The position numbers and the translations under genes are program-made. This document shows positions 1 through 14,000 of a stretch of 64,000 nt of DNA, one piece after another (the stretch's first letter is position 1; every line of letters starts with the position of its first letter). The notes beneath the pieces were generated by a model. The model did not search any database. It saw only the letters and a program-made list of their open reading frames with translations, and was not told the DNA's origin. The DNA comes from Trichoplax sp. H2 (Eukaryota): NCBI GenBank assembly GCA_003344405.1, contig NOWV01000010.1:620001-684000 (forward strand). Reading direction: 5' to 3'.

Positions 1-3000
1 CTATTTACCAATAATCCAGAAATACCTCAAGTACAACGGTAATTATAATACACCTCTACCTGTGTCCTCAGAAAATTGAATTAAAAATGGTTATTTATAT
101 AATCTATGTTCTGTAAAATAATCATCAATAAATACGACCGTATACAGTCATTTCATCCTATCATTCTATCGTAGTTCGAAGAAGCTTAAAACTCATCATC
201 AAGTCTTTACTGACGTCGAATTTACAAACGTCGCGCTATCACCCAGATTGGTAGGTAACGTATAACACAATCTTAAAATATACATGTTAAAATATTTAAC
301 AGTAAATTACTAATGAGTTATATTTATTTACTAGCAATCATTTCTTGTTGTAATTAGATATATAACTAGTTATTTTACGATATACTTGAAAGCAGAAATT
401 GCATATTACTGCGTTACTTACTGTAATAAACTATGTGCAAATTGTACTATGCATTTCGTAGACAATTTTTTTTCGTTACCCTGTAGGTATCACATTTAGA
501 ACAACACTTCCATTATCAGAAAATGACATGGTAAAATTTGTGACGTTAATACCAGTGTTCAACACTGCCTCATACACAAACTTTGATACCTTATTATTAT
601 AACAACTTACCTTAATAACTTAAAGTAATTAGCTACCGACCAATACCATTTGATATTCTTTTAGTGTACAAAGAAAAGCGATACCGTCAATACTAAATGG
701 ACGTGATTGTCTTATTCAGTCACAGACTGGAACAGGTACAATTTCTTGACGAAATAAATGATATATTTGCTATCTATAAATTGACCTTATTGTTTGTTAG
801 GAAAAACAATTGCATATGCTGTACCTATTGTCAACAAATTACAAGAACTTGAACCTAAAATTCAGGTACGAATACTTCTCTTAATCCTTCGTCACGGTTT
901 AACTTTTACCCTGCCGCCTCAATCCCTACCATTAATAATTAATATGATGCAATTTATTCTAGAGATCTGATGGCCCATATGCTCTAATACTCTTACCAAC
1001 TCGTGAGGTTAATCATATACGAGTATATTTTTTCAAATTTGTGCATAAATGATTTTGTGGGATATCAGTTCTGGTACTGGTTTAATAACAATGTATTATA
1101 ATGATTGAATTAAAAACCATAAATTTTCCGAAACTAAAATTTTTTTTCTTTTTAATCCTTTCAATATAATATAGCTGGCTTTACAAACAATGACCATTTT
1201 TAATAAATTACTGAAGGTGTGAAACTATTCTAATATTTATGATAATTTACTATGTGCTTCTTACAAAATGAGCTTTCGTGAATTAGACATTTTGCTGGAT
1301 TGTACCTGGCTGTGTCACAGGCGGAGAAAAAAAAAAGTCTGAAAAAGCAAGGTAGGCACATTGACTATTTGAATGTAACATTAATTTTATGATATGGCTA
1401 TATGTAATGTATTTTTATTCTATTAAATATCGCTAATCGTTAAATTGCTTACACTCTAAGAATTCGTAAAGGTATCAATGTGCTGATTTCAACTCCAGGA
1501 AGGCTCATAGATCATATTAAGGTTTAAAATTAAAGATGAAAATATTTATATACATCAAAGTAATTTATCTATGTTGGCCGTAATAACACATATGCCTCAT
1601 AAACGTAGAATACGCAATGTCTACAACTTGATAACATAAAATGGTTGGTTTTAGACGAATGTGACAGGTTAATAACAAAAATTTGGCAGTTATTAGAGGC
1701 GAAATTGATACTCTTCTTTGTTTTTGCAAGAACATTTGGTAATTATTTTTCATTTTAAACTTATAATGCAGATTGTTAGATTTGGGCTTTAAAGAAGACA
1801 TAAACACCATGCTTACTGCTTTAAATGCAGGGAGTGGACAAAGACAAACAATCCTTGTTTCGGCTACCTTAACAGCAGGTAGAAGCCTTAGTATTTATAA
1901 ATGATTGTACCTTCAAGAAAGCAATACAAATCGGCAATATAATTTTTATCGGCCATAGTAAACAGTTAAATATATCTTGCAGGGGTGCAACAACTTGCTC
2001 GTTTGGCCTTGCAAGATTCTTGTTATATCGATGCTACCAGCACCATACCGGAAGATGAATATAACGCAACTACGATACCGGTAACACTAGCGAATGTTTA
2101 AGCTACCCTTATAGTTATCGTATCTGTTACATGGAATAAAATTTCAATCTACATGGATACAATTTTTTAGAGTGATTCCGTGCATCAAATACCTAGCGAA
2201 TTACAGCAACATTATGTTGTTATACCTGCAAAATTAAGATTAATCTCACTTATATCATTCTTTATTCATAGCCATAAGGTAAAATTATTATTATAATAAT
2301 TATCACTAAAAGAGTGCAGTAGTGATATGATAACGGCTTACAAGAAACTTGTTTAAATTTTATAGAAGAACAAAAAAACGAAATCGATAGTGTTCTTATC
2401 AACTTGTGATTCGGTGAACTTTTATTATAACATTTTAAACGAATTTTTGCCGAGATTCTTAACAAATGAGATTGAGATTTCAAAGTTACATGGTAATATT
2501 TCTCAAAAGGTAAGTTTTTAACCTCACAAGATTATTTCTTTTATCTCTGTTGTGTTCTAATTTATATAAATTTGTGATTTAATCTACGTATTGTCCACTT
2601 AATACATACAATATGTGGTGTAGGAGCGGACGTCAACGTATAATAACTTCTGTAGGGCAAACCAGGGTATTTTATTAACGACGGTGCGGATCCATAGATT
2701 TATTATCGTACCATTTTTGACTGTATACAATCAAAACGATACGTTCAATTATGCTAAATCAGTAACATTTTTGTTCATATTAACATATTAATGTAAAAAT
2801 GCTCAGGACGTTGCTGCTCGTGGACTAGATATTCCTGATATCGATTGGGTTTTACAGGTATTACAATATTTGTATATTCGTCGTAATTGAAACTTACGTT
2901 AAATCCTTGAAATAAGTAACAGGTATTCCGACAATTGTCTTAACTATTTATAGTATAATCCGCCTATTCAAGTTACCGATTATCTTCATCGAATCGGTCG

Positions 3001-4170
3001 TACTGCTAGAATTGGTTATAAGGGAAAATCCTTACTAGTTTTACTTCCATCGGAGGTATACAGCTCTTGGATAAATAAATATGGGAAATAAAACTTAGGC
3101 GTAACTATGATCTAATACTCGTTTGTAGTTTATTTCAAGTTCTTCACTATGAAGGGATCTGGTTGTCATACTGTATACATGTTTAACCTTCTTGATAAGC
3201 AAACGTTTAAGCCTGTTTAGAATTTATTTAAGACTTAAAAATATTGTATATTAGGTTGATTTTGTGCATGAAATAACGAAGAAATGTGATTCTAGGTACT
3301 TTTAATCTTCATTAAAATCTGATGAAAATTTTCTGCTATTTACATAAGCAATTTCTAAATCGCTGATTTTTATTGTAAAGCTTTACAGAAATCGGAATGG
3401 ACCAACTGTTAATTAGTCTAATACCACCGAAAAGAAAAAATATGGTATAATTGATACTGAACAAAGCATATGGATATCTTTATGTTACATTATTGCCTTG
3501 ATCATATTGAACGTTAGAAGTAATAAACTAGCCCACAAGTGTAAACCTACATTAGCAATAATTATAATTATCTTTAATTAATACTGTAGTAAAAAGCCAT
3601 ATGCGTACATAATTACCTAAGTTCACCATTTAAATCTCTCGACTGCAGTTGAAATAATTGACAATATTTTCGTCAAAATGAATTTAACACTCAATGCTCC
3701 TTAAATACTTGTAGTCTTATCAGCTAGCTGCATCAGATTTGCAGATGTCAATCGAAAATTTTGTTAATTCATCGGCTGAACGTAAGACTCAAGCTATCTC
3801 TGGTAATTATATTATCACTGTATGGTGGATGATTCTAAGATATTGCCTTTGAATCATCTTACTTATCACAATCTTTCTTTCACAGCCTATCAATCTTACA
3901 TTCGTGCCTATGGAACCTTCTCTAAATCTCTGAAATTCATTTTCCATGTAAGAAATCTACATTTAGGCCATTTGGCGAAGAGTTTTGGACTACAAGAAGC
4001 ACCATCTAAGATCAAACACCAAATTATTACTAATCCGGTAAAAAAAAGAAGGTAAAGATTACGATATTAGTTTTAATTTCCCGTTACTTGAAAAAATGAA
4101 ATAACTCTAATCTTTTGTCCATCTCTTTTATCCATATAGATAGTAGTAATCGGTTTATTGGAATGTTTTG
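1..4170 (+). CDS. DDX31: DEAD-box RNA helicase DDX31/Dbp7 (multi-exon, 5' end outside window; last exon uncertain)
   Basis: Spliced GT-AG exons give [16 protein letters not shown]...SQTGTGKT (motif I), LPTRELA (Ia), [37 protein letters not shown] (DDX31/Dbp7-typical), LVLDECDR (II), SAT (III), DVAARGLD (V), [10 protein letters not shown] (VI), and C-terminal AYQSYIRAY...[16 protein letters not shown] (3885-4051). Confidence 0.93.
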
Positions 4171-5078
4171 ATGGATTACTATATACTATATATGAATAGT
4201 AATGTGAATATAAATACAAGGTTATAAGAAATTCAGTATTTTTATTCGAACATCGCATACCACGATTGTGTTAATAACTACACAAGTGCGTACAAAAATT
4301 TAGTCATTTTAATTACAATTTTTGTAAAATAAAATTAGTATATCCTATTTTTTACAATGATTTTAAAGTGCACTTTGTGCCTGTGGTACATTTTTTAATT
4401 CACCTTATAAGTAGTAGTATAATTAATTGATGTATAAATATTGAAGCTAAGTTTAGTAGTTATTACTGAATTATACAAAGTTATAATGGTATCAAACTTT
4501 AGATATGACCTATATTAAAATTTAATAAATGCATATTAATGTAAACGAAGTATACGCGATAAATCAAGCAATAATTTTAACCACTAACATAAATACTGTT
4601 CTACTTTACACAGCAATCAAAGTCATCATCATCAATGAGACTATCATTGATATGTATTGCTGCAATCGGTATCTCATACTTCGTACTTAAATCAATTAGT
4701 GATAACATATATCCAATAGAAAACAATCATGATATAGTTACATTACGGTAACTAGTGCATTGCTAAGAATAGTATAAAATTTTGAATATTGCATAAATCT
4801 ACAATATGTGTATAAAATCATTAAAATTATATCATATGATATAGAGAAATATCGAAAATATATAATCTCAACTTTAGGACACACATAGACGTAATAATAT
4901 TGGAAATTAGCAGTAAATAAAAATTCCGTAAATGATATTAGAAAATCGTAATTTAAGGAGATAATCGGCGGATAAATGTAACTTACTATACCTAAGTAAA
5001 GGACTACTAATGGATAAAATAAAGTATTTTATTAGAATCGGTTTTCAAGTAAACGTTACTTGATGATGAAAGTCTGTT

Positions 5079-8000
5079 TCATTTATCTTTATCATCTGTT
5101 TCATTGCTGGCATGCTTACTGATATCATTCATGCTGCTCTCCCGAATTTCTTTAAAACGTCGAATAATCTTTTTCCAATCGATAGCATCAGTAATAGTGC
5201 TATTAAACTGTTGACTGGCACGTATGTTTGCAATATTCGGATGAGCTGAAGAACGTCGTCGCATAAAATTACGTATAACGTTATTATTTGGCGCTAAGCT
5301 ATCCATTGACCAGACATCAGCATCCAGTACGTCTTCAGAACTTTGTGTACCTAAATCGGTGACGCATACATCACATCTTCTGCGAGCTAAGATGCGTAAG
5401 TATTCGTAAGCCTTAACAAATAAATTTAGTGGTGCTGGCGTGGAAGCATTACGTTGCATAGAGCTTATTAACTTAGCACGCCCAAATTTCCATTCTACGT
5501 CCGATTGTCGTTGAATTCTTTGATATGTATCGCTCATCATAGCAATCAATAGATTGATAAGGACGATGATAGAGATCACATTATAAATTCCAAAAACAAA
5601 CTTAACAGCAATTAATACACCTGATGGAACACTAGCATTATTTGGTGAATAAATATCACCTGGCAATGGTAAAGCAGATAATTCATTTAAACCAAACAAG
5701 GAAAAGAATAATAATTCAAACATAGGTGCAATGCCAGTTACTGCTTCTGTACTTTTAATTCTTGGATCGACTGGTTTATAAGCAGTTGCCATCATTGCCG
5801 CAAATCCAGCGAGAAAAATACTCAAGACAACAAGAAAACGCAATAAATCTTTCATCAGATCACGTATAATAATGCCCCACGGCCCAAACAAATGATGAAA
5901 AGTTAAGTAATCCAATAATAGGATAAAGCATAACATCATTGCTATACCAAATAACATATTACGTGTATAGAGTGCTTGATAGACAGCCGCACCAGTTAAA
6001 AATAAACCACCCGTAATGTGAGCTACAATTGCAGCGAAAGAAAATACCAATACAATAGTGTATATCCAGCCAAGACCAGAGTGATCGCGTGTCGATGTTA
6101 ATTCCGTTAGTAAATAACCAGATAGCCATATTATTAATATTATCTCTGACCATTTAGGAACTAAAACACTAACATTAGGAAACCGATCTTCTAATTGTAT
6201 TGCGCATACAAATAGAAACCATATGATTAGAAATATATGTGAAGCAAGATGTGACATTAGGCGTATGATTGGAATTTTGTTATACTTATTTTTAAGCGGT
6301 AAAGATAAATAAATCCATATTATTGGACAGAGGATAAATGAAAGCATTAGAGCTAAGTATTTCCAATTACCCCAGGTCAAACCACCTTTCCATGTGAAAC
6401 TAAGGTATTTTTGAACCGCTGGATGAGCAATGACACGCTTTTGTTGACATTCCAATAAAATATCAAGAAATCTAGTTTCGCTATCATCAGTTGCTTTGAG
6501 TAATGTTTTAGTATTGCCATCAGCAGTTGTTAGCTGCAATAATTCGCAAGCAATGTTTTCACAAAAATTACTCATAGCCACTAATTCTTGTGCTCGTTCT
6601 TTTTCTTTACGTGAAATTGTTCTAAATTGCTGTGATAGCTTGACCGCCGTATGGATAGGAGCTGCTGATGTTGTTATAAAATCTATAATAACTTGATTAT
6701 TATGCGATTTACCGCATGACATTAGATCGAAAATAAACTGCAGATATCATTGAGTATTTTTGTAAATAGCAACCAGTACCGGTAATAAATAAATCAATCA
6801 GGCCATAATTATAAATGAAGAAATAAAAGCAAATTAGAAATTATGTAAAGGAGGTACAGCAAAAATACTGTAACATCTACCTATTATATATCCAATTTAT
6901 TATTTTGATTTAAATTGCAAAATTTATCTTACATACCTTCTTATTGTTTAATAATTTTTCTGTATTATGAGGTTTAGTAAGCAATAAAGAAACAACTTTA
7001 TGATGTCCATGACTCGCAGCGTAACATACAGCAATTTTACTCTCCTATTTGATATAAATAGTTGGGGTATTAATGTCACAATAATTTAAATGAAATTTAA
7101 GCTTCACAAGTAGAGTAGTATGCAATATAACATCCCACAGGAAATAAATATCATGATACGATGAACGATTGCAATTTTTATGCACCTTAGTTTCGGTCGT
7201 ACTGGCTCCTGAATCACTCAGTAACTTCACAACATCTAAATGACCAGACTTTGCAGCATGATGTAATGGTGTCCACAAATTCTATTAGATAATCCAAAAA
7301 CCAAGATTAGTAAAATAATATCAGCGATACCCTTATACTGATTTTTTCCGTCTTAGCAATATGATACCCCTAATGTAAGACACTTTTTAACGTATTATTA
7401 GCTAGGATACATGAGACACAAAGTGTCTAAACATCAGAAAGGACATATGTACGGTGCTATCTGGAGCTTACTTCATCCATGGCATCAATATCAGCTCCCT
7501 GACTGATCAATAGTGCTACCGTCTCGTAATGACCATTACTAGCTGCATAATGAAGGCAAGTTCTATTATAACGATCACGAATGCGTAATTGAGACGTTGA
7601 TTTACTCAACAGCAAGCCGATAACGGATATATTGCCATTATTGGATGCTAAATGAAATGGAATACTGCCAGATTCGTCTGTTGAGGACTTATATTGAATC
7701 CCCGATGAATTCAACAATAATCGGGTGCAGTTATCTTGTCCTGATTGAGCGGCTAGATGTAAAGCTGTCATTCCTTTTTCGTATGGCATCCTCCAAGAAA
7801 CAGCATGTTTACTTCTTGTTGGAGCCTGATGAGACACAAAATAGTAGTAGTATTAACAGTTAAAACTAAGATAGGAAATATTTCGATAAGTAGTGTATTT
7901 GGTCATAACTATTTTCACAATTATCTGATATCTAAGAGTCTAGTTCCTAGATTGCGAGTTAAAACTGCGAATACTTTATAATCTCATTATAGAATTGATA

Positions 8001-11000
8001 ACAGTATCAATTAAAGCCTAAATTGTACTTGTTAATTCCACACACATTAGGATAGCCGGAGCAATATACTCGTAAGACGAACGTTTTACTTAATTAAATA
8101 TGGTTAAATTTGAAATGATAGATATTATTAATGTACCGGTATTGCTATGCAATCTAGTGCTACACTTACAGCGCTGGGAGTATTAACAGGAATATAGTTG
8201 ATAATTTCTTGTAAAAATTCAGGCTGGCCATGTTGTGCGGCAACATGCATTGCTGTTAATCCAGTCTGTAAAAATAAATGAATGACTATTACTGACTTAT
8301 ATCTATTTTCCAATTCCCAAATGTTAAATTATCGTTTAAGTATACATTCAATTAATTAATATTTTTAATAATAGTAATCGAGTGAATATCAAATATGTAC
8401 CTAAAGATTGCATACTGTATATGAAATGAAATTTAGCAAGCTCTTACCAATAAACTAGTTGCAGTTAATGCCATCTTATCTTTTAGACATTCTATTATAT
8501 TAACGTGTCCAAATCGAGCCGCAAGATGTAAAGGAGTCAAGCCATCCTATATGATTATAAACATACAGAACATTAAACTGAAGTGAAAAACAGGAAGATG
8601 CAAGTATGCTACAATAAACAAGCGAAGTAAATCATGAAACTAAAACCAAAAATCCTTTCGGATAATTGTCTCTATGCCTATTTCGGTTAAAACAGATATA
8701 CTCGTACAATATTACTATTGAGTTATAGCATAATAAAATAATTAACTAATAAGAGATTAATTATTAAATGTATACAAAGAAGAGTATTAAAACTCATACT
8801 ATCTTACACTAAATTGATGGTTAAACTTTATCATTTTTAAATAATAACTCCTAAATATCACACGAAAAAGTAGACAATACTGAGAAACGCTATTCAGAAA
8901 TGAACTTGCTTAAATTATGAAATTGTAGCACGTATGACATTAATTTGTATTTCACATACAGAGGTCTCATCAGTTGGCAGAGCTCCATTCTCGATTAAAA
9001 CCTGAACGATCTCTGCATGTCCTTTACCAGCAGCCAAATGTAAAGCAGTTGCTTTTCTTTTCTACAATATTTATTAACAGATTCGTGATGGAATAGTCGT
9101 AATTAAATTATAAATTAACATAACTTTTAATCTTGTGTCAAATTCTATCACAGAATAACGCAATAATTGTACCTTATCTTTTGTAAAAATGACATTCTTA
9201 GAATTGACTTTTAATAATTCCTTGATTACACTTAAACTTCCTTTTTCTGCTGCAATATGTGCGCATGTTGAGCCATCCTATAAGTTAGCAATATATATTG
9301 TGACAAATGCAGATGATCACCATAAAAATAAATAATGTTGATATGAGTGCTTAAAAATTACGGTAATGAAGGGGAATGCTTTCCTCTGTATAGTAATCGT
9401 TACTAATTATAACTGGAGCAATTATCTGTGAGCATGTAAGGGGGTGAAAATAAATCCTTACTTGGCTGGCTTCATTAATAAGTTTAGGAGCTGAACTCAA
9501 GAACAACTGAACAACTTCAGAATGATCTTCCTTGGTCGCCAACAAAAGTGGAGTTTCACCATTCTATACCGGAAATAGACGTCATTTGATAACAATTAGT
9601 GCATTAAAATTTGATAGTATATACTGGAAATTTCCTCTAATTCCATGCATTATATACGAATTATCCTTTACATACGCTATCTACGGCCGATGGATCCGCA
9701 TTAAAGTGCAATAATTCTCTGCAGACATCCAACCGACCATTTTCAGCAGCATTGTGCAACGGTGTTCGTTTATTCTATTTAAAAATAGAAGAGTGATTTA
9801 TACATGAGTACATAATGATATAAATATAAGTATTTTCATTTCTTCAGTGGTATCTTAGCGATTTACAATATATCCTATATCAGTCTATTACATTAACTGT
9901 ACTTAAATTATATTATCAGATACAACGATATACATTAAGTAAAAATTTACCAAAGTCATGGCATCGCAAGCTGCTTTGTGTTTTTCAACAAGAAGCTGAA
10001 TCATATCTTTATGACCGCTGCTAGCACTTAAATGTAATGGAGTTTCGCCACTCTAAAGGAAATTAATATTATAGCCGGAAAATTAATTTACTATCACTAA
10101 ATCATTTTATATTATTTTTTACTTAACTATGTAAGTTATGATTTAATAGATAACCTACTATTGTAACAAAACATCGATTAAATACCTTTACTAATTTATT
10201 CTAACCTTTGTTTTACTATTTACGAATGAACGATTATTAATTAATATGTCAGCCACTTCAGTATGACCATTGTCGGCTGCAAAATGGAGTGCTGTCATAC
10301 CAACCTATTTAAATAGGGTTGAAATATATTGTAGATCAGCATAGATAAAAATTTGTTAATCATAGCTACTGTAATATATGCATAGTTTAACAATCACATT
10401 GGTTTAATAAAATTAATACTGACTTTGTATTATACTTGACATGCGATAATCTACATGCTAATACATGTAATATTTTGTATAGATGAATGGAATCGACAAT
10501 AAACTTACTTCGTTAAAAAGATCAACACGAGCGTGATGAAGTAGCAATAACTTTACGATATCTTTATATCCATGTTTTGCAGCGTTCATAATTGGAGTCA
10601 TACCATTCTAATTAAAATTGTATGAATTATGTTAATTGGGACTTCCCTATCACTCAATTGGCATTAGATTTTGTTTTAATGTAATAAAATTAAATTGTAT
10701 AAAAATGCATATCTTACTTCACTCTGGAAATTAACAGATGATTGAGCTACTCGGCTAACAGCTTGGCATAAAATGTTGGCTATATCGTAATTTCCGTAAT
10801 CACAGCATAGATGTAGAGGTGTTTCTAACGTCTACAAATGATTAAATTGTTAAGATAATAGATTTAATGCTCACAGACAATCATAAATATAGCAATTTAT
10901 TTTAGGGACTACAAGATATGAATAGCTACGGTCATAAACATACTACTTGTACTAAAACGAAAGTACTTTAGATAACTATTCGCATATCAATGTTAGCTGA

Positions 11001-14000
11001 TACTAGTAACTAATTCAATAGTTTACATTATTAATATGATTTAAGATCAATTATAAGTTATTTCAATCTGTAATATCTATTCGCACGTATTAAAACCGAA
11101 TAATTTTAAGTATAACCAAACATCCCACCTCCGTCATTTTTGCTGTGGCATCTCCACGGCAAATTAACAATAGTTTCATAATTTCAACATCTTCATCCTT
11201 GTAATGTGTATCGCTTTTACGAAGTCGTGCAGCGTAATGCAAACTGTTTTCACCCAACTAGAATAAATAAATATTACGTATTAAACACTGTAGCTACTAC
11301 ATCGTTTATGATTGCTATCTGAAAGTTTAATCGTTTTAGAGAATGCAATTAAATAGTGGATCTTTTTTTTACCTTTGTGACACTGTTAACCGCTTTAACT
11401 GCATCATTTGGTGATAGCATACAAGTTAAATAGTCTAGGATATCTTTAATTAGCGACCAGTGGCATTGTCTGGTAGCAATATGCAAGGCTGTTTCACCAT
11501 TCTAAGGATAAATATAATCAAATGCATAATATGAATGGAAGAAAGAAATGATACCGTAATGGTTTATTTCATTATTGAAGTGATATCCTAAAATGACAAA
11601 ATTTTCATTTAAAAACTTTTTACCTTGGACATGGCAGCAGCATCGCCTCCTTCGGTCAGTAAATGACGCACCATATTTAAGTTACCATGCGTACAAGCAA
11701 TATGAAGTGGAGTTTCACCATTCTAAAGTATCATAAAGTATTTTAGTCGTTCTTGCCAAAAAATCAATGATTATATACAATATTTTCTTTTTCTGTTATC
11801 CTTTGCATACTATCATTTCTAAGAGATAATAAGCTTATCGTAATGATAAATATTTAGTATATAATACTGGTAAGTATTACGTTAAAATAGAAAAGCTATA
11901 GGTTTCCTTTACATCAATCCCATAGTATAACTCTGGCAACTAGTAGCAAGTGCGGTGCTGGAGATAAAATAGCGAGTCTTGACGCACTATAGGCTTCTAA
12001 CGTAGATTTATACATTAAGAATTTTATTTATACCTCTGTTGTCGCATTGACATCAGCACCACTCTTAATTAACATATCCGCTACACGTTCTCCATTCTTA
12101 ACTTTGGAAGCAATATGTAGCGGAGTTTCATAATTCTATCAAATTGAAAATAGAAGCAACATTGATATAAATGAATTCTTTACATTAAATTAAGCTAATA
12201 AAAATGAATCTTTCATTCGTAGTCATACCTCTCCACCAGCTAAGTGAACATCAGCTCCAAAACCAAGTAAAGCTTGAACAACCAAGGGTTGACAGTTTTT
12301 AACAGCGCAATGTAAGGCGGTAAAATTATCCTACATTTTTAATTCATACCGTAGTTAATACAGATATTACGATTAAAAATACGTGATTGCTTTGAACTGA
12401 TTACTTTAAATTTGATATCATTTACTAATCGATAACTACGTTAATCTTTAAATTTCTTACCTTCGTTTTATGATTCACTGATGCACCTTTCATTAATAGA
12501 GCACGAACAACTTCAACATGGCCTTGTTCGGCGGCTACATGCAAGCATAATGCGCCATTCTACAAATTATCGAAATTTAAATAGTTAGTTATAACTAACT
12601 CCTAAGTCTTGACAATAATCTGTATTGTGGTACTGTAAGTATCTTGTAATTGGTGAATGAATTCAAGTTAACTAATACTCAATCTAGTAAATTTCAAGTA
12701 TTATGACGGGCTTATAAAATTGTAGCATAAGCTTTAAGTGTAATGATTTAATTCATCATTTCTAGCATATAGCGACCTTATTTGGCAATTGTAATGGAAC
12801 TCCTTTTTTTAGGAATAGCAATGCAGTCTCAGGATGGCCATGTTTGGAGGCAATATGCATCATAGTACTGCCGTCCTAAAGAAAATGTAAAAATTGAGAT
12901 GTTTTACATATTCTAGAATTATTCAGTTAATTCCTTCTCAATAATTTTATTCTTTCAGTGTGATTCCCATATAACATCGTCAAGACTGCAAATAGCTAAA
13001 GCAGATATTTGAAAGTCTTGCAAGAGAAAATTTGTTGCCAGTAAATAAATTAAAACTATATTAACCTTTGTCCTAGCTGCAACAGACGTTTTAAATTTCT
13101 CCGTTAAAATATCGACAATTTTCGTTTGGCCTTTCTCTGCAGCAATGTGCAATGGCGATCTATCATACTATAGGTTATAATGAATAACAAGTAATACATG
13201 AGCAAGAAAATGGTACAAGTCTTACAATTATCCTTAATTTTATTTTTATGCTATAGTTTTAAACACCATCAAGTAATGCAATGCACGACTATATGATCTG
13301 ATATCATAACACCGTCAAATAGAACGCAAATATCTCTAAAATAGTGATGTCACTTATGTTGTACTTACGCGATCCACATAGTTGCTATTGGCTTTATGCA
13401 TGTGAAGAACTTTAAGAAGGGAAGCGTTGCCTTCAGCAACAGCTACATGCAGTGGTGTTAGACCTTCATTCTAAATTAAAGTATATTATTCATTTTATAT
13501 TAGCCGAATAGATATAACCTTAAATCAATATTAATATTAATTTGTTTGTTTGATAACGTTTATAAGCAAATTGATACAGAATTATCAATAATAATAATAG
13601 AAATTTATGATAATATTTATCAGTATTTAAACGCCATCTTATTAAATTTACATTTTGAACATCTACGGAAGCGCCAAAATCTAATATCAATTTCAGTAAT
13701 TCTGCTGGCGTTGTTTTAGCTTGGCATACACAATGAATGAGTGAGTTGCCATTGGCCTATACATGGAAAAAAATAGTAATCATTCAATAGTCAAGCATCG
13801 ATAGTAGGATAGCCTATGAGGCTATAGCAAGGATTAAACTTACCATACGATGTTGGACTTGCTCTTCTGCAAAATCCGTCAGTAATTCTTTTAAGATGCC
13901 ACTGTTACCTGTACAAGCTGCTAAATGAACAGGCAAAGCTCCGTCCTATGAATGAATTATTGTAATGAGCGTAAGTAAAATATAGGAAAGGTAAGAAATA

